Shown one piece after another: positions 21,692 to 31,645 of a stretch of 64,000 bases of DNA (positions are counted from its first letter, which is position 1; each line of letters begins with the position of its first letter). Source of the DNA: Longimicrobiales bacterium (GTDB taxonomy: Bacteria; Gemmatimonadota; Gemmatimonadetes; Longimicrobiales; Gaopeijiaceae); NCBI GenBank assembly GCA_965198065.1, contig CBDAON010000004.1:1888001-1952000 (forward strand). Reading direction: 5' to 3'. The notes beneath the pieces are model-generated. The model was not told where the DNA came from. It made no database searches and saw nothing but the letters and a program-made list of their open reading frames with translations. The position numbers and the translations under genes are program-made.

Positions 21692-22177
21692 ATGCCCGCC
21701 ATTCCCGAGCCGCAGCTTACGTCGCTCTACCAGGAGCTGATTCTCGAGCATTACAAGCGCCCCAGAAACCGGGGCGATCTCAAGGATCGGACGGTCGAGG
21801 TGCACATGCGGAACCCGTCCTGCGGGGACGAGATCCTCCTCCAGCTCAGGGTCGAGGGCGGCGTCATCGCGGACGTGCGCTTCGTGGGAGAGGGTTGCTC
21901 GATCTCCCAGGCCTCCGCCTCCATGATGACAACGGCGGTGAAGGGGCGCGAGCTGGAGGACGCGATGGGGCTCGCCGGACGATTTACCGAAATGATGCGC
22001 GGAGATCCCGAGGCGGCCAAGGACAGGACGCTGAAGGATCTGAGGGCGTTTCAGGGCGTCTCGAAGTTTCCGGTAAGGGTGAAGTGCGCTCTGCTCGGCT
22101 TCGACGCCCTCCAGGAGGCCGTGAAGCGCGAACGCGGAGGTGACGGCTCCCCGGAGGCGCGGGCGGCGACGCCGTAG
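21692..22177 (+). CDS. sufU: SufU (NifU-like) sulfur-transfer protein
   Basis: LYQELILEHY, NPSCGD, GCSISQASAS, RVKCALL. Confidence 0.93.
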   Translation: MPAIPEPQLTSLYQELILEHYKRPRNRGDLKDRTVEVHMRNPSCGDEILLQLRVEGGVIADVRFVGEGCSISQASASMMTTAVKGRELEDAMGLAGRFTEMMRGDPEAAKDRTLKDLRAFQGVSKFPVRVKCALLGFDALQEAVKRERGGDGSPEARAATP

Positions 22178-22217
22178 CGAACGGCCGCGACCCGGCGGAG
22201 CGCGTCGGTTGCGGGCC

Positions 22218-23489
22218 CTAACCCGCCGAGAAGCCGCCCTCGTCTGGCGTGAGCACCACCTTCAGGGCCCCACTCCTCCCCCGGTTCGCTGCCGCCGACA
22301 GCGCGTAGCGGTACTGCTCCAGTGGGAACGCGTGTGTCACCATGCGGTCGAGCGGCGCGCCCGTCTCGAGGATGAGGCGCTCGGTCACCTCGAAGGTATG
22401 GAGCTCCTCCCCGCGCCACCGCTCCCGCCCGTACCCGACGAACCCTCGGATCTCGAGCTCTCGCGCCCAGAGAAGCGAAAGGTCCACGCGCCTGAGCTCC
22501 GCGGCGCACCCCAGCATGACGATCCGCCCTCTGGGCGCGGCGAAGCGCAGCGCCTGGGCGAGCGAGGCAGCCGAGCCCACACAATCGAAGACGTGCGGGA
22601 ATCCACCCCCCGAGAAGACCTCGTTCCCGAGGATAGGCTGGTACGCGCGGGCCCCCGTCTCCACAAGCGCTTCGCGAGCGACCTCGCCGGGGCTCACGAC
22701 GTCGGTCGCACCCAGCAGGCCCGCCAGCTCCCCCTCGGGAGCCCGCTTCGTCTGCGCCACGATCGCTCCGCCGAAGCCGGCGGCCCGAAGCGCCCAGACC
22801 GTTCCGAGCGCGATGGGGCCGCTCCCGATCACGAGGACGTCCTCCCCCGCGGGCGGAAGGGCGTTCAGGACCGCATGGACGCACACGGAAAGCGGCTCGA
22901 CGAGCACGCCGGCCCGGTTTGGAATCGCCGTGTCGAGGGGGAAGAGCTGGGATTCGTGCGCCAGCATCCGTCCGCACCACCCGCCCGAGAGGTCCCGGTG
23001 GTAGCCGATCATGAGCCCGCGGCTTAGCGGTCGCCCTCCGATGATCGTACTTCCCTCCTCCCCGGCCATCTCGCACGTGCCATGGAGCCCGGCTCGGCAC
23101 GATGCGCACCACTCGGGCTCCGACCAGCCGCGTACTGCGCACGAGATCAGCGGGTCGGCCGCGACCCGGTCGCCCGGGACCACGCGCCGGACCCCAGGCC
23201 CCACGCTCTCGATCCGCCCGAGGATCTCGTGGCCGAGGACGGCCGGGAAGGATCCGAACGGCTCCAAGATCGGGCTGGCCTCGTAGGAGAGGTTCCCGAG
23301 GTCTGTTCCGCAGATGCCACAACCCAGAACGTCCAGTCGGGCCCACCCCGGGGGCGGCGCTGGTGGGTCCTCCAGATCGCGGAGCCGGAGCCCGGTCCAC
23401 GCGTTGAAGCGGAACCGCTCGCCGAGGCGCCCCACGGATCTCGCGACGAGGAACCCCGGGATCGTCACGTTGAACTGGACGGCTCGCAT
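22218..23489 (-). CDS. Zinc-binding alcohol dehydrogenase family protein
   Basis: GICGTD, LGHE, structural Cys cluster, VIGSGPIA. Confidence 0.9.
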   Translation of the reverse strand: MRAVQFNVTIPGFLVARSVGRLGERFRFNAWTGLRLRDLEDPPAPPPGWARLDVLGCGICGTDLGNLSYEASPILEPFGSFPAVLGHEILGRIESVGPGVRRVVPGDRVAADPLISCAVRGWSEPEWCASCRAGLHGTCEMAGEEGSTIIGGRPLSRGLMIGYHRDLSGGWCGRMLAHESQLFPLDTAIPNRAGVLVEPLSVCVHAVLNALPPAGEDVLVIGSGPIALGTVWALRAAGFGGAIVAQTKRAPEGELAGLLGATDVVSPGEVAREALVETGARAYQPILGNEVFSGGGFPHVFDCVGSAASLAQALRFAAPRGRIVMLGCAAELRRVDLSLLWARELEIRGFVGYGRERWRGEELHTFEVTERLILETGAPLDRMVTHAFPLEQYRYALSAAANRGRSGALKVVLTPDEGGFSAG

Positions 23490-24682
23490 CAGAACACGTC
23501 CAGGAGCCGGAAGTCCGCGAGTCCCATGACCGGCTTCCACCCCGCGAGACCCTCGTCCTGCCCCGGGAGGGCCCCCGCGACGAACAGCTCCGTGACCCGC
23601 GCGATGGACAGGGTTCGCTCGGCGTCACCCGGCGCCTTGCCACGGATCGGGCCCTCGCTCGTTCCAACCCAGGTCCCCGCGTTCTCGGAGATCTGCTTGT
23701 CCACGACGGGGAGACCCTCTTCCTCCCGGAAGCCGACAGCCTCGAGGACGCGCCGGAGGTCCAGGATGCGTAGCATGGGTCCCCTCAGGAGTGTGGCCGA
23801 GGGAAACCACAGCCCTCGAGCGGGCCCGTGGCCGGGGATCCGCGGGTGAGGGAGGCGGACGTGGAAGCGCTCCCCGGGGAGAGCGTCGTAGCGAACGCGC
23901 GGCCACTGGTCCCGCTGCGCCGAAAGCCAGCCCAACAGGGCGCCGTACGCCGCCTCGTCCGTGGCCAGGAGCTCCCGCACCGCGAGCGTCGCTCGCTCGG
24001 GGATCTTCGACCGCCTTCCGCGGACGGTGACGTACCCGAGGAGCGCGCCTCCCTCCTCCAGGAGACCGTAGATCGGGTCACCCTCATCCAGCCGGCTCCT
24101 CCACATTTCTGGCGTGCGCTCGATGAGGCCGTTCGTGCGCGAAAGCAGAACCTCATAAAGCCCCGGCAGGTGTCGGGCGGCCTCCTCCGGCCCCAATCGA
24201 CGCACGCGTTCGCACCCGGGCACCCGGGCAAGGTCGGCGGCTGAGAATCGATAGCGGTGGAGTGCCCCGACGAGCGCGTAGCCCATCCGGCCGTAGAAGC
24301 CCGCGCGGAAGGGATAGAGCGCGCTCAGGGCCGCCCCTCCCTCGAGGCCGTTTCGGATCGCGCGCTCACACATGCAGAGGCCGATCCCTTGACGGCGCGC
24401 GCTCGGTACCACCGCCACGGAGGCGATCCCCAGAACGGAGAAGACCCGACCCCAGAGGTGCATCCGGAGGGGGTAGCAGCGGAGCCCGCCCACGAGAGCC
24501 AACCCGTCTTCGGCGACCCAGCACGTCTCGAGGCCCCCGTAGGGTTCCGTGCCCTCGAGGAGGGCTTCGAGCCGAACGTCCGCCCTCCGCTCTCCCGGAA
24601 ACGCCTCGGCCCAAAGCTCCGCGAGCGGCCGCGCGTCCCGCTCCTCCGCGGGCCTCATTCGGATCCCCGGGTCGGTTCGCAT
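23489..24682 (-). CDS. Eis-like GNAT acetyltransferase
   Basis: GIASVAVVPSARRQGIG, SALYPF...FYGRMGY, PMLRILD. Confidence 0.85.
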   Translation of the reverse strand: MRTDPGIRMRPAEERDARPLAELWAEAFPGERRADVRLEALLEGTEPYGGLETCWVAEDGLALVGGLRCYPLRMHLWGRVFSVLGIASVAVVPSARRQGIGLCMCERAIRNGLEGGAALSALYPFRAGFYGRMGYALVGALHRYRFSAADLARVPGCERVRRLGPEEAARHLPGLYEVLLSRTNGLIERTPEMWRSRLDEGDPIYGLLEEGGALLGYVTVRGRRSKIPERATLAVRELLATDEAAYGALLGWLSAQRDQWPRVRYDALPGERFHVRLPHPRIPGHGPARGLWFPSATLLRGPMLRILDLRRVLEAVGFREEEGLPVVDKQISENAGTWVGTSEGPIRGKAPGDAERTLSIARVTELFVAGALPGQDEGLAGWKPVMGLADFRLLDVF

Positions 24683-24755
24683 TCGGCGAAGCGTACCAGC
24701 CCGTCCGGGCCCGAGCCAGGGGCACGGCCGTCCTGCGGACGGGTACGAGCCCCGC

Positions 24756-26030
24756 ATGAAGACCGCGCTCATCGCCGGCTGCCGGACGCCTTTCTCCAAG
24801 GCGGGGACTTCGCTCCGAGAGCTGAGCGCGATCGACCTCGGCAAGATCGCGGTCCCGGAAGTGCTCGCCCGCGCCGACGTCCCGCCCGAGGCGGTCGATC
24901 AGCTCGTGTTCGGCACCGTCGTCCACAACCCGAGAGCACCAAACATCGGCAGGGAGGTCGGCCTCGCGGTGCTTCCGAAAGAAGTGCCGGCCTCGACCGT
25001 CTCCCACGCGTGCGCGTCGGCGAACCAGGCGATCGGGGACGGGGTGAACCTGATCGAGCTCGGGCTGGCCGACGTGGTCGTGGCCGGAGGGGCCGAATCC
25101 CTCTCGCATATCCCGATCACTGTATCGGACCCGCTGGCCGCGGCTCTCATGGAGGCGGCGAAGGCACGGACGCTGGCGCGGAGGGTGGCCGCGTTCTCGG
25201 GCGTCCGGCTCCGCCATCTGGCGCCCGTGCGGCCCGCGATCGAGGAGCCGACTACGGGCGAGACGATGGGGGAAGCCGCGGAGCGGATGGCCAAGGAAAA
25301 CGGTATCCCTCGCCCGGTGCAGGACGAGTGGGCGCACCGTTCGCACTCCCGCGCCCACCGCGGCTTCGAGGACGGCCGGCTGGCCGAGGAGATCGCTCCG
25401 CTCCACCTGGCGCCCACGTTCGAGACGGTCGTCGATCGGGACAACGGAGTTCGCGGGGACTCGAGCATCGAGGCGCTCGCGAAGCTCCGGCCCGTCTTCG
25501 ATCGGAGGTACGGCTCCATCACGGCCGGAAACGCCTCCCCGCTCACGGACGGCGGTGCCGCGGTCGTCCTCATGTCCGAGGGTGCCGCCAAGGCGCACGG
25601 GGTCGAGCCCCTCGCCTGGATCCGGAGCTATGCCACGACGGCGCTCGACCCGGGTGCTCAACTCCTCCAGGGCCCGGCGTACGCGGCACCGATCGCCCTG
25701 GACCGGGCGGGGATCACCATGTCGGACGTGGACCTGATGGAGATGCACGAGGCCTTCGCCGCCCAGGTCCTGTCGAACCTCCAGGCCCTCGAGTCCGACG
25801 AGTTCGCCCGGCGGAAGCTGGGCCGGGACCGGGCGGTCGGGCACCCCGACGTGGATCGTATCAACGTGATGGGAGGCTCCATCGCTCTGGGGCACCCGTT
25901 CGGCGCCACGGGCGCCCGCCTCACGACCACGCTGGCTCGGGAGCTTCGTCGAACAGACGGCGAGTTCGGGCTCCTCACGGTGTGCGCTGCCGGCGGCATG
26001 GGCTTCGCCATGGTCCTCCAGGCGGCGTGA
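24756..26030 (+). CDS. fadI: Acetyl-CoA C-acyltransferase (thiolase, FadI-like)
   Basis: HACASAN, EMHEAFAAQ, GHPFGATG, TVCAAGG. Confidence 0.85.
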   Translation: MKTALIAGCRTPFSKAGTSLRELSAIDLGKIAVPEVLARADVPPEAVDQLVFGTVVHNPRAPNIGREVGLAVLPKEVPASTVSHACASANQAIGDGVNLIELGLADVVVAGGAESLSHIPITVSDPLAAALMEAAKARTLARRVAAFSGVRLRHLAPVRPAIEEPTTGETMGEAAERMAKENGIPRPVQDEWAHRSHSRAHRGFEDGRLAEEIAPLHLAPTFETVVDRDNGVRGDSSIEALAKLRPVFDRRYGSITAGNASPLTDGGAAVVLMSEGAAKAHGVEPLAWIRSYATTALDPGAQLLQGPAYAAPIALDRAGITMSDVDLMEMHEAFAAQVLSNLQALESDEFARRKLGRDRAVGHPDVDRINVMGGSIALGHPFGATGARLTTTLARELRRTDGEFGLLTVCAAGGMGFAMVLQAA

Positions 26031-26036
26031 GGTCCC

Positions 26037-26537
26037 CTAGCGCCCCTCCCCGAGCTCCTTCGCCAAGGCCTGCCTCACCTCTCTTCGGCGTGCCCCTTCA
26101 CGGAAGCGCCGCTCTTCCTCCTCCGTCTGGAGCTCGAGCCGCGGTACCTCGACCGGCCTGCCGTCATCGTCCACGGCGACGAACGTCAGGTAACAGGTGT
26201 TCGTGAGATGGCTCACGCCGGTGAGGGGGTTTTCGGATTCCACCGTCACGCCCACCTCCATGGACGTCCGGCCCACGTAGTTTACCTGGGCCCGACAGGT
26301 CACGAGCCAGCCCGAGTAGATCGGCTCCCGGAAATCCACACGATCGATCGACACGGTCACGCATGCGTGGCCCGAGTGCCGCATGGCCGCCACGGCGGCC
26401 GCCCGGTCGACCATCGAGAGGATCACGCCCCCGAACACGTGTCCCAAGTGGTTCACGTGCTGAGGCATGATGAGGTCGGAAAAGGTCGCGGCGGAGGCCG
26501 ACGGGGGGCGTGGGCCTCGAGGCGGGTGGGGGGTCAC
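26037..26537 (-). CDS. Acyl-CoA thioesterase (hotdog fold)
   Basis: NHLGHVFGG, VGRTSMEV, YLTFVAVD. Confidence 0.92.
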   Translation of the reverse strand: MTPHPPRGPRPPSASAATFSDLIMPQHVNHLGHVFGGVILSMVDRAAAVAAMRHSGHACVTVSIDRVDFREPIYSGWLVTCRAQVNYVGRTSMEVGVTVESENPLTGVSHLTNTCYLTFVAVDDDGRPVEVPRLELQTEEEERRFREGARRREVRQALAKELGEGR

Positions 26538-26561
26538 AGGAGTGCCGATCAGCCGATCCGA

Positions 26562-27620
26562 TCAGCTCGCGGGAGGAAGGGGACGGGCCACCATGATCCC
26601 GCTCTGGGTAGCGATGCCCTGGATCCTCTCCGCCAGAGGCAGAACCGAGATCTCGACGGAGTCGCCCACGAGCGGGGCATGGAGCAGGTGGATCCGGCCC
26701 TGGTGGAGGATCGCGATCCCCGTGTGCGCGATGTCCAGCCCGTCCACGGTGCTCACGGCCGCGATGATGTCACCCGTCCGGATCTCGTCCTCGACCTCGG
26801 CGATGCGATCGGCGGGGACCGCGTAGCGCGGCTCGCCTCGGAGCCGGGCCTCTGCCACTTGAATGGCGGCCAGGTGGCCAGGGTCCTCGCCCAGCTGACG
26901 GTACGCGTCGGGGTGAGCGCTCATGTAGCGGATCGACCGCGTGTCCGGCGCTCCCCCGAGGCTTCTCGTGAGGTCCTCTGCGAGTCCTTTGGCCTCCGCG
27001 TTCCGTATCCACTCCGAGAAGTAATGGAGCCGGCTCGGGTACCCCGACAGGATGCCGTCTCGGTACCGCACTCGGGTCAGCTCAGCCCGATACAGCTCGC
27101 GGAAGCGCTCGGCGTCCGCGATCGCCTGAGCCGGTGCCGCGAGCGTCAAGCGAGCGAGGACCAGGACGTGCTCGACAAGGGTCACGCAGTCGAAGGCACG
27201 CAGGTTCACTACCAGGCGCTCCGGCCCCGGGAGCTCGAGGGAGCCGGGAACGTAGGGGGAGCCCACGAACGTCGCGGCGAGCATAGCCATGACGTCGCCG
27301 ATGGGGAGGCGCTCGAGGCCTCTGGTCCTCGCCCACTCCACCGTCCCGAGCGCGATGGCCCAGTCGCGCTCCGTCTCGTGGCGGTCGGCGTCGTCGGACT
27401 CGAGCGGTGGAAGGTCCACCAGAACCGGTCCCGCGTATGTGAACCCGGCCGTCTCGGTCGCGTCGAGATCCGTGGCCGTCACGTACTCGGGAATGGGCGA
27501 GGGACCAGGCGCGGCCGGCCGATCGGGGCTCCCCGCTTCGCGGGAAGTCTGGGGCTCGCAACCGGCGAGGGCCCACCCGAGAACGACGGCCGGGAGAGCC
27601 AGTCGGAGGGCTCCGCGCAT
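26562..27620 (-). CDS. DUF1460 amidase-like lipoprotein
   Basis: Lipobox LAGC; LVVNLRAFDCVT, RLHYFSEW, GLDIAHTG, LLHA. Confidence 0.85.
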   Translation of the reverse strand: MRGALRLALPAVVLGWALAGCEPQTSREAGSPDRPAAPGPSPIPEYVTATDLDATETAGFTYAGPVLVDLPPLESDDADRHETERDWAIALGTVEWARTRGLERLPIGDVMAMLAATFVGSPYVPGSLELPGPERLVVNLRAFDCVTLVEHVLVLARLTLAAPAQAIADAERFRELYRAELTRVRYRDGILSGYPSRLHYFSEWIRNAEAKGLAEDLTRSLGGAPDTRSIRYMSAHPDAYRQLGEDPGHLAAIQVAEARLRGEPRYAVPADRIAEVEDEIRTGDIIAAVSTVDGLDIAHTGIAILHQGRIHLLHAPLVGDSVEISVLPLAERIQGIATQSGIMVARPLPPAS

Positions 27621-27623
27621 CGA

Positions 27624-27677
27624 TCGGCTCACGGGTCGAAGTCGGATCACGGCTCGAAGTCCGCTCATGGCTCGAAG
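27624..27677. repeat. Three tandem 18-bp imperfect repeats
   Basis: TCGGCTCACGGGTCGAAG / TCGGATCACGGCTCGAAG / TCCGCTCATGGCTCGAAG. Confidence 0.85.
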
Positions 27678-27816
27678 TTGGATGAAACGCGGGCGCGCGG
27701 GCAAGGCCTGCCCGGAAGACCTCGCCGCAGCCTCGCACTTCCGTCGAGCTGCGGGGTACGGCGGCGTTCAGTTGACGTGTTCAGTTCCTTGTTCGGTTAC
27801 TCACTTGGGAGGAACG

Positions 27817-28263
27817 ATGCCGTACCCAGAGCAACTTGTGGCCCCGATGCGGCAGGAGCTGGTGCGTACAGGATTTCGCGAGCTTCGCACGGCGGCGGAG
27901 GTAGACGAGGTTCTCCAGGGATCCACGGACCCGGCCCTGGTGGTGGTGAATTCGGTGTGCGGCTGCGCGGCGGGCTCGCTTCGCCCGGCCGTGGCGCTGT
28001 CCCTCATGGGTGAGACCGGCCCGCCGGTGCTCACGACGGTCTTTGCCGGTCAGGACCTCGAGGCCACCGCTCGGGCGCGTGAGTACTTCACGGGGTACCC
28101 TCCGTCCTCCCCGAGCGTGGCCATCCTGAAGGACGGAGAGGTCCTGTGGATGATGGAGCGCCACGAGATCGAGGGTCGCCCGCCCCAAGTCATCGCGGAG
28201 CAGCTCTCGAGGGCGTATCTGACGCACTGCGTCACCGAATCTCCTCGGGCACGGGAATCGTAG
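27817..28263 (+). CDS. Bacilliredoxin BrxA/BrxB family
   Basis: YPEQLVAPMRQEL, NSVCGCAAG, TVFAGQD, PPSSPS. Confidence 0.92.
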   Translation: MPYPEQLVAPMRQELVRTGFRELRTAAEVDEVLQGSTDPALVVVNSVCGCAAGSLRPAVALSLMGETGPPVLTTVFAGQDLEATARAREYFTGYPPSSPSVAILKDGEVLWMMERHEIEGRPPQVIAEQLSRAYLTHCVTESPRARES

Positions 28264-28309
28264 GTCAGAGGAGCGGTCTCGAGGCGACTCTTGGAATAGG
28301 AGCGGGAGC

Positions 28310-28699
28310 ATGGACGAGGAGAAGAAAGTCCACCAGGACCGCCTCCAGGCGGTGATCGAGGAGCTGGAGGCGAGGATCCGGGACCTCATCTCCCGTGCCA
28401 GGCGAGCTGAGGCCGATCTCCGTCGCCGGTTCGAGGGAGAGGAGTCCGAGCTCCGCGCCAAGCTTGACGAGGCGCGAGCTCGCTTCAAGGAGGTTCGTGA
28501 GGCCTCCGAGGAAGGGTGGGAGGAGGTGAGGGCCGGAGCGGAAAAGATATGGACCGACGTCCGCGATGCGTGGGAGAGGAGCGGTAGCGGGGCCGACGGT
28601 CTGGACGGACACGAGGGCCCACCGCCTCCGCGCGAGGGAGAGGGGGATTCGGGCGAGGGAGAGGGGAGCTCGAGGGAGGGACCCTCCGCCGGAGCCTAG
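28310..28699 (+). CDS. Hypothetical coiled-coil protein
   Basis: RBS GGGAG; charged heptads, EASEEGWEEVRAG. Confidence 0.65.
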   Translation: MDEEKKVHQDRLQAVIEELEARIRDLISRARRAEADLRRRFEGEESELRAKLDEARARFKEVREASEEGWEEVRAGAEKIWTDVRDAWERSGSGADGLDGHEGPPPPREGEGDSGEGEGSSREGPSAGA

Positions 28700-29418
28700 C
28701 GGCTTCGTGCACGCCGCTGTCCGCGCTTTCGCTGGCGTGCCTGGTGATCTGTCTCGCCGGGTAGGCGTACTCGAACGTCCACCCCACCCATCAGCGCGAA
28801 ACCCGAGATCCTGAGCACGGGTGATCCTTCGTCCGGAGGTGCGATCGGCTCGGCGTCGTCCGTGAACCCTCCCATAACTGCAAATCCCGAGGTCTCCACG
28901 TGAACCCCGGGGGGCACCAGGATGCCCACGCCCCCCATGACGGCGAGCACGTGGAGCTCGGTGACCGCCGAGCCGAACATCGCCTCGCGGAAGTCCAGGT
29001 CGACTCCCCCCATACAGGCGATGGCTGTGATCCTTCGAGCCGGAATCCACCGGCCCCTCCGCGAGCGCCCGCTGCAGAAGGCGACGGTGAACTGGCGATC
29101 GGGAACGCGAGAGGAATCGACGACGCCGTAAGAGCTCCCGGGTTGGGGGAACAGCTCCGGCTCGCTCACGGTCAAACGACCTGCCGTGTCCCCGCCGCCG
29201 ACGGCATCCGGCGCCACGGGCAAGCCGGCGAGAAGGCTCGCGAGGTCCGCGTCGGACCGAGCCCGGGCCGCCCTGTCGAGCCTTTCCTCGAGCTGGGTCA
29301 GACCGATCCTGTCCTGAGCGAAGGCCTCACACAGCTCGTCGACTACGCGGCGGCGACGAGCCGGCGTCGGTCCTCCTCCCTGCACCGGATGCGGTCCGGT
29401 CCCCCGGTTCTCAGCCAT
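28696..29418 (-). CDS. DUF1707 + LiaF/DUF2154-like domain protein
   Basis: RRRVVDELCEAFAQDRI...LEERL; MGGVDLDFREA; MGGVDV. Confidence 0.8.
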   Translation of the reverse strand: MAENRGTGPHPVQGGGPTPARRRRVVDELCEAFAQDRIGLTQLEERLDRAARARSDADLASLLAGLPVAPDAVGGGDTAGRLTVSEPELFPQPGSSYGVVDSSRVPDRQFTVAFCSGRSRRGRWIPARRITAIACMGGVDLDFREAMFGSAVTELHVLAVMGGVGILVPPGVHVETSGFAVMGGFTDDAEPIAPPDEGSPVLRISGFALMGGVDVRVRLPGETDHQARQRKRGQRRARSR

Positions 29419-29743
29419 GGCGGTGGCATCGAGTGTACGGTTTTCCCTGTCGTGCTGCACTCTTTTCCGCGGTCCTGCTCGAAAAACCGAGTGCCGCACC
29501 GCTCGGCTCACGCTCACCTGCGCCCGCGCGACGACCCCGGGAGCACCGGTCCGACCCCTGATCGTGAGCCGGAAGGGGCGTTTACGCCCCCCTCTCGAGA
29601 GGGCGCGACCGTGAGCAGCCCGGGCGCCCGCGCTTTTCCGCTCGATGGTACAAAACGTGCAGCATCGGGGTACCGATTAGAGTCGGTCGCTCGGCACGGG
29701 TCCGAGCCGGGTGGCCCGCTGACACGTCACGAGGAGCGAGTTG

Positions 29744-29941
29744 ATGCGTCCAAGCTTGTTCGCGTATGTCGCAGGCGCCGTCGTGCTTACCGCGGGTGCG
29801 GTTCTCGTCCGCCTTCTTCGCTCGCCGGTTCCCGAGATCGGGCGGAGCGAGCCGCGGAAGTCTCTGACCGAGACGTTGATTCCGCGGCCGTCGGAGTGGG
29901 AGAGCCTCCCGCAGCGTCTCAGGGAGCAGGGCCTACAGTAG
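29744..29941 (+). CDS. Small membrane-anchored hypothetical protein
   Basis: RBS GAGGAG; single hydrophobic N-terminal segment. Confidence 0.5.
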   Translation: MRPSLFAYVAGAVVLTAGAVLVRLLRSPVPEIGRSEPRKSLTETLIPRPSEWESLPQRLREQGLQ

Positions 29942-29994
29942 GCTTCCCCCACGATACTGGTCGACTGGGGGCCGACGGGTCTCGTGCCGCGGTC

Positions 29995-30720
29995 TCACTC
30001 GAACCGCCGCCGGTCCCTCCCCACGCGGCGGGTCCACCACGAGAGGCGGCGCTCCAGGATCGGGTGGGCGAGGGGAGCAAGCGGCGCGAGCACGTCCTCC
30101 GCGAGTTGGCGGGCGCGCACCCGCTCGGCGCGTGACTCCCAGAGGTGCGCGTGGCGGAGGTGATCCAGGGCCTCGGCCAGCGTCAGCCGGAGGACCGCTG
30201 GTGCCTCCGAGGCGAGCCGCTCCCGGAGCTCCCCGTCCGCCGGCGTTCCCGTTCCGAACCAGTCCAGCTCGGGTAGGGCGTCCCACAGCTCGAGGGCCGC
30301 GTCGGGGGTCCAGCTCCCGCCGGGAGCGTCCTCGACGCCGCTTCGCCGGGAGCGACCGCCCTCATTGGACGGCTCCGACCAGGCCGATCCCAAGAGAAGC
30401 TCCCGGACGGCCCCCCGCCCGACTCTGAGCCGGAGGTCCCGACTCTCGGCCAGGGCCCCGACCGCCAGGGTCCGCGCGTCGGTCTCCGCCAGGTCCTCTA
30501 GGAGGATGAGGACGGTGCGACCCGGATGGAGGAATGCGGGGTGACGCTCCGAGGGAAGGGGGGACGCGCCTGCCACGCGAGGGCGCATGGCGGTATGGAG
30601 CGCCCCTTCCAATAGCCGCACTCGCTCACCCGGCACGCCCGCTCGCCGTGCCGCGAGCCTGACCCTGCTCAGCATTTGCTGAGCGCGTCCAGCCTCGTCT
30701 GGATCGGGGCCCCAGTTCAT
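29995..30720 (-). CDS. HD_4-like fold protein lacking the HD motif
   Basis: AFLHPGRTVLIL...DARTLAVGALAES...LAEALDHLR parallels RelA/SpoT hydrolase-like patterns. Confidence 0.5.
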   Translation of the reverse strand: MNWGPDPDEAGRAQQMLSRVRLAARRAGVPGERVRLLEGALHTAMRPRVAGASPLPSERHPAFLHPGRTVLILLEDLAETDARTLAVGALAESRDLRLRVGRGAVRELLLGSAWSEPSNEGGRSRRSGVEDAPGGSWTPDAALELWDALPELDWFGTGTPADGELRERLASEAPAVLRLTLAEALDHLRHAHLWESRAERVRARQLAEDVLAPLAPLAHPILERRLSWWTRRVGRDRRRFE

Positions 30721-30769
30721 CGGGGTCGCGGAAAGGGCCCGTCCCCGGCCGACGCAGGGTCTTCTCGGT

Positions 30770-31645
30770 TCACGAATCGACTCGGGAGCTCAGGTGCCTC
30801 TCGAAGTGACGCCGGGTGGCGAGCAGGGCCTGGTTCAGGGCTGGCGTCGTTCCTGCGAACGGGTGCCGTGCCTCAAACGTGTGCCCGGCGTCCTGGATGA
30901 TCTCCAAGCGCGCCCGTGGGTTCGCGCCAATGAGGCGATGGGCCTCCGTCACGGGAACCGTGGTGTCGGCTTCGCCGTGCACGACGAGCCACGGCAGCGT
31001 CACGTGGGCGGAGGCGCGCTCGACGTCCAGCCGCCTTCGATGGGTCTCGAAATCCTCCAGCAGGCTCACGTCGAGAGGCATGTGCTGGCCGGTTCGCTGG
31101 TTCATCACGTGTATTCGGCCGCTCGCTCGCCACTCGGCGCGCGTCTCCTCGCTCCATCGGTCAAAGCTCGCGAGCGCGCCCCAGGTGACGAGCGCGTGGA
31201 CGGCCTCCGGGGCACGGAGCCGCTCCCGGGCCGCCAGGACGGCAATGGCCCCGCCACGCGAATGGCCCAGCAGGCCGACTCGGCGAACCGGCCGGGGCAG
31301 GAGGGATCCCTCGCGGACCTCATCGATGACGCGTAGGAGCTCACCGAGCTCGGCGCTGAACGTGTTCCTCGCGAAGTCGTCAAGACGCCCGAAGGTCTCG
31401 CCGTCGTCTGAAATCCCGTTCAGAGAGAAGTTGAATGAGACGACCGCATGTCCCTCGGCGGCTAGGGACTCCGAGACGTGGGGAAAGAAGCCCCAATCCT
31501 TGAATCCCTTGAAGCCGTGCACGACCAGCACCGCGCTTCGTGGCGGTGGCCCCTCGGGGATCCGGACATCGCCGCGGACGGAGCGGCCTGGCTCGATCGG
31601 GAGGACGAAGGTCCGAAGGATCAACTGGGGCCGTCCTTCCGCCAC
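30770..31645 (-). CDS. Alpha/beta hydrolase
   Basis: HGFKGFKDWGFF, GHSRGG, VHGEAD, AGHTF. Confidence 0.88.
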   Translation of the reverse strand: MAEGRPQLILRTFVLPIEPGRSVRGDVRIPEGPPPRSAVLVVHGFKGFKDWGFFPHVSESLAAEGHAVVSFNFSLNGISDDGETFGRLDDFARNTFSAELGELLRVIDEVREGSLLPRPVRRVGLLGHSRGGAIAVLAARERLRAPEAVHALVTWGALASFDRWSEETRAEWRASGRIHVMNQRTGQHMPLDVSLLEDFETHRRRLDVERASAHVTLPWLVVHGEADTTVPVTEAHRLIGANPRARLEIIQDAGHTFEARHPFAGTTPALNQALLATRRHFERHLSSRVDS

